64,000 nt of DNA from Lama guanicoe. Lineage: Eukaryota. The DNA lies in NCBI GenBank assembly GCA_013239625.1, contig MU053482.1:1153168-1217167 (forward strand). The letters run 5' to 3'. The position numbers and the translations under genes are program-made. Each line of letters begins with the position of its first letter. Within the stretch, counting starts at the first letter, position 1. The notes beneath the pieces are model-generated. The model did not search any database. It saw only the letters and a program-made list of their open reading frames with translations, and was not told where the DNA came from. Of the stretch, positions 60,201-64,000 are shown in pieces.

Positions 60201-63200
60201 TTCTCTGCAAAGTTAAGTGTCACACTATCTTGAACAGCAATAAGAGGTTTTGAAAAAAAAATTGTATTTGAGTAAAATTAACAAGAGGACATTTAAATGT
60301 TGCTTTCTAGTGTTTTCCACACTTGAAATTCACCCGCAGCTCCCTGCCAGATCCTGGCCCTAGCTAGGGTGGTTAACACCTGCTGACCCTCTCACAGTGA
60401 CCCCTAGACCTGATGAGACGTGGTCCTCCCCGTGGCAGTCCACTTAGCGACTCTGACAAACCCTCTGGCACTTCTGGGTCAAGAGAATGCCAATGTGGCA
60501 ACAAGTGCCACTTCGTTTTGATTCTTCCCACTCTGAAAAGTGGTTCTTTTTGTCCCCAAAAATTCAAAGCAAGGGAGAATGAATCCATGTCACCAGAGTA
60601 AGAACCAGGACAACCACTGTGTGCGGGCAGGGGAGTGGGGGAAAACATCTAAAGCCAGCCCAAACACAGTGTTCTCAGTTTTTTTCTATGTTTCAGAGTT
60701 TGTTGATCTTGAATTTTTAGGGAAAATAAAGATGGAATTTCAAAAAACATAAACAATGGACTCAAAGGAACTCCATGGAGAATGTCTGTGACTTAAAGAG
60801 TCCCATAAAACCAGAAAAGTTTAGTAAATTATTCAAACACTTATGCTCTCTGGTAGACCAACGATTGACATGGGATGGAATAGCGCCCGTATGTCAATTT
60901 CCCCAGCCCAAATAAAGGTAGCTGTTGGCAGGTACCTTCCTAAAGCACTGTTCCTACGCGTGAGGCCTCACTGGGATCCACTACCCCTCGGGGGGCCCTT
61001 TCTGGCTTGGACGAGAAGAGCAGACTCAGGAAACCCCAGGACAGTCCTCAAGTCTTCTGATGCTTCCCTGCAGAAATCAGGTCCTTGTGGAGAAAGGCAT
61101 TTATGGAAATGAGGGAAGAACACATGACCTTTGACTCCAGAGGACAAGGTAAAATCACTAGTTTGGAAAAGGCAGATTTCAAGCTTGAAGCTGTAATTAT
61201 ACAGGGGTTAAGGACTGGGAAGGAAGATTAACCAAGCTTTTACCCACCACATCAAACTATTCTAGTGTGTGATCTCACTGCTTTGGGTTCTAATCATAAA
61301 ACCTTTGCCTCGTTCCGGAAGCGGAACCAGAGACCAGCTGGTCCTAGAAGATGCAGAAGGAACACAAACCAGTGCAGCAAGCAGAGTGCTGGTTGGAGAC
61401 AGCCCTGCCTGCGGTGGGGCTGAGGGTCTGCTCTGCCACTGACCAACCTTATACCCTCCAGCCTTCATCTCCCTGTGCTTCTCCCAGCTCTCAGGGGTCC
61501 CTGCCCAGACTCCTGGCAGTCCCTCGTGCAACCAGATGGCAGACATACCCAACTGAGTATAGCAGTGCACACGTGGCTGTGCTTGGCTCCCACTCTTCTG
61601 GGCTTCAGAGGACTTCCCCGAAGAGGCAGTCCCGAAAGGGCTCCGGCTCACAACCGAAACATGGTCCTGGGGAGCCTCTGCCTTCAACTTCCTGCCTTGC
61701 CCCAGCCTCCCGCTGATTGTTACTTCATGGTGCTTGGTATCCTCAGGCCACTGTACACAGATACACACAAGCACAAAAGTTATCATACTGGAGCAGCTCG
61801 GAAGAGGCTGGTGCAGGGCTTCATGTCCCTTGCAGGCAGGGGGAAGCGACTGAGGAGAGCGGGGCCCCATGCAGAGCCGGAAGCCCTGAGCTTGTGCATC
61901 TCTGTGTCTTCTAGGAGCTCTCTGGGTCTTCCTGTGACCCCCGGTCATGGCAGCTCTCCCCTCTCATTTTATGCAAGATTCTACATCCATAACCCGGTCT
62001 GCAGCCAGGAAAGGTGTCCCCAGGGGTGACTCCACCTCTCCAGGGCCGTGAAAGGTTAAGTTCAAGGAAGAATCAAGTCAGAGACTGCAGCATCATATGT
62101 AGGGTTTGTCAGGGCTTCCATTTCTGGTTGAAGGTTGCCTTTCGCATGTAGTATTTTTAACTAGATTGCCAGCCTGAGGACCGCTGAGCAAAGACAAGAT
62201 GCAGCAGGTCCCCATGGAGAGCGCCAAGGGGCCAAGGCCCAGGACCCCACTCCTGCGTCTGAAGCTGGGGCCACCACCCCTGTGGCTCCCAGCTGTTCTG
62301 GCCCGTGCACTCTGTGCTCTCCCACCTCTGGTGTCTGTGTGTCTCTGAGTCAGAGGAACTGCCTGTGCCCATCACTGGGACAATTGTGGCCGGGATGGGG
62401 TCCCTGCAGTCCCAGACTCCCATTGCCAAGGAGAAGTCCAAGGGGAGGAGGGTTTTTTATGATTCCCAGAGGACATCATCTTTTTCTCTACCCCTTTCAT
62501 CATTTCTGCATTCCTTTTACCATGGCTTTTCATTTTTAACAACTGATCTGAAAGGAATTTGATTCTGAGAATTTCCTGAAAACTTTTCATGATCAGGGAT
62601 GTCTCATGTGCGTCACAAAAGCAGAACTGGCCCCCTCGAAGCAGAGGACATTCCATTTTGAATTAAATACCAGTACAGACTCAGAGTATCCCCCAAAGGG
62701 TTCATCCTAGTCGTGCAGCTTAGCTGGAGGGAGGGAAGAGGGCAGCGGCAGAGCTCTCTGCAAGACGGGCTTCTGGATGAAGTAGGTGTTAGATGAAGAA
62801 AAGAGGGAAAGACAGTCTGTGCTTGGTTCACAGTCAAGGGCAGGAAAGGAGGAGGCTGAGCAGGCTCCCTCCCTGGTTTACTTCTTTCAGCGACAGCCTA
62901 TAATCCCTTGCCTCTGGCTGTGATAGCAATCTTTATCCCAAGAGGCTCATGAATTTGCCCACAGCTCAGCTCTGCACTCTGATATCATCAAAACACAGGT
63001 GTCTGGAGCATGTGTCTTCCTTCTCCAAACCTCTAGCTCACGCAAGCCAGCGCAGCCCACCCACCAGGCCCTTGTGCGCCCTGGTTTGAGATGTGGATTT
63101 CTCAGGCCTGGTACCCTATTGACTGCAGGAACGCTTTTTAGAATAAAACCACTCAGTCCATTCTCTCCATTTCGTCAGTCTGGTTGAGAAGATCAGTTTA

Positions 63201-63316
63201 TTGGGGTAGGAGGGAGAAAAGTGGGAAGGTGTGTGGACACTTTTTGTAGATGGAGATCCTTCCCCTTCACACGGAAAAAGGATAAGGACTAGGACCCCAG
63301 CCAGAGTCAGAAAGGC

Positions 63317-63335
63317 CTCTGCCCTCTAGTGGCGG
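63317..63335 (-). promoter_or_regulatory. CTCF-binding motif (CCGCCACTAGAGGGCAGAG)
   Basis: Near-perfect match to the core CCASYAGRKGGCRS; occupancy not demonstrable from sequence. Confidence 0.65.
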
Positions 63336-63663
63336 AAGGCTCAAACAACTATTTTGCACAACAGTGATTTTGTGTTTGGGCCAGGAGCACTGAACTGATA
63401 CCACTCAAGCAGGCACTCTAGGGACAGCAGGTAACCCCTCGGCTTTAAGTCCTAGGGCTCCGTTCCCAGTGGGTTAGACGTTCACAGGGCCCCAGAGGCC
63501 TCACTTACTTGGGAACCTGCGCAGCAGAGAGAGACCAAGAATAGGTCCTATGTGGGGGAAGGCACAGAGCCTGAGTGAGACCCAGCTTTCCCGCACACAC
63601 TGACGGCCCTGGCCCTGGGGTCTACTCAGGAGGGAACCCTGGCCGGGTGACCGTCAGGCAACG

Positions 63664-63671
63664 TGACGTCA
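63664..63671. promoter_or_regulatory. Full palindromic CRE (TGACGTCA)
   Basis: acgtgacgtcatc; motif match only. Confidence 0.35.
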
Positions 63672-64000
63672 TCTCCCGGCCAGCACGCCTTCTTTACTGC
63701 ACCTGTGCCTCTGTCACTCCACCTGAAATCACTCATCTCATCTCAGCCTATCCGTGGCGCCCAATCAGTCCCCTCCCCACAGCTGTCCACCCTCTAGTCC
63801 CAAACCTTCCTGAGCTGAGCAAACATCGGCAAGACTTCAGAAACTTTGGGCAGAAATGAAGTTACCAGGTGCTGTAGGAACAGAGATGCCACACCTGCCA
63901 CGTCCAGCATTTGAACTTGTACCAGTTAGGGACGGACCCTGGTCTCCAAGGAAAGTCAGTTCATGGAAAACTGCCAGGTGGGTTTCAAAAGCCAAACCAG

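Noticed and set aside
59300..60300. AT-rich block, considered as a processed pseudogene or transposase remnant
   Set aside because: No translatable similarity or poly(A)/TSD structure found by eye.
22..63859. Hundreds of 60-230 aa six-frame ORFs (e.g. 20499..21143, 61262..61948, 52497..53009)
   Set aside because: No recognisable domains, many non-ATG starts, overlapping on both strands, and composition typical of GC-rich non-coding DNA. Only 10713..10898 overlaps a real exon in frame.
56100..64000. Possible first exon of the downstream neighbour (OLFML1 by recalled human synteny)
   Set aside because: No signal-peptide exon or olfactomedin-like sequence was recognised in the window.
1..64000. 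CRISPR array, operon or other prokaryote-style novel system
   Set aside because: The sequence is clearly mammalian intron/intergenic DNA, with no regularly spaced repeat-spacer array or compact gene cluster.

Overview
Mammalian genomic DNA, most likely a camelid (inferred from about 10 copies of a tRNA-Ala-derived SINE resembling the camelid Vic-1 family). The window holds the 3' half of synaptotagmin-9 (SYT9, + strand). Three internal exons (6991-7111, 8480-8651, 10730-10859) together encode a 141-aa C2B module. A 42.8-kb last intron follows, then a terminal exon at 53702 that codes only Lys-Arg-stop, and a ~1.9-2.4 kb 3'UTR. The rest is intron or intergenic sequence rich in SINEs, L1, L2, MIR, MaLR/ERV LTRs and hAT DNA transposons. 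Apart from the one ORF overlapping a real exon, the six-frame ORFs look spurious. I find no new multi-gene biological system. The best second-look items are: a permuted two-template local insertion inside an ERV LTR (34689-34835); a CR1/L3 fossil retaining ORF1 esterase motifs; an L1 inserted ~30 nt upstream of the last splice acceptor; a four-tier G-quadruplex between two candidate poly(A) signals; a phase-0/phase-0 stop-free 423-nt C2B exon block bracketed by inverted repeats; a tail-to-tail MaLR hairpin; and a SINE carrying probable source-locus read-through sequence. Repeat family names come from recalled consensus sequences, not from a database search, and repeat boundaries are approximate unless a TSD is given.
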